The notes under the pieces: generated by a model
Told to the model about the DNA's origin: nothing
Database searches by the model: none
The model's input: the letters and a program-made list of their open reading frames with translations, nothing else
Part shown: positions 63,983 through 64,000 of the stretch, one piece after another
Position numbering within the stretch: position 1 is the stretch's first letter
How the letters are laid out: every line of letters begins with the position of its first letter
Position numbers and translations under genes: made by a program
Source of the DNA: Eledone cirrhosa
Taxonomy: Eukaryota
Length of the DNA: 64,000 bases
Assembly: GCA_964016885.1 (NCBI GenBank)
Contig: OZ024747.1
Coordinates: forward strand, 30,814,001 to 30,878,000
Direction: 5' to 3'

Positions 63983-64000
63983 ATATATATATATATATAT

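Overview
AT-rich eukaryotic intergenic or intronic DNA, almost entirely transposon-derived. The SINE, RTE and (TA)n landscape suggests an octopus or other cephalopod (inference). I found no convincing host protein-coding gene. Protein-coding TEs: a gag/PR-deleted Ty3/Gypsy LTR element (788-4590), a full-length decayed Tx1/L1-type LINE ending at (ATCT)n plus a truncated sister copy, many RTE LINE pieces (some with a PHD finger inside the RT), a hAT element with perfect TIRs, and a near-complete Penelope-like element (PLE) with inverted and direct pLTRs plus a second PLE fragment. Non-coding repeats: non-autonomous Helitrons, piggyBac, mariner and pogo MITEs, tRNA-SINEs and two minisatellites. 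The most striking signal is RNA structure. At least six sequence-unrelated families of type I hammerhead ribozyme (HHR) motifs occur here, mostly in elements bounded by (TA)n tracts. One is a ~425-430 bp tandem, hairpin-rich monomer with one minimal HHR per unit (15.3-17.4 kb and 60.3-61.1 kb), a retrozyme/circRNA-type system. All structures were read by eye and none were computed.
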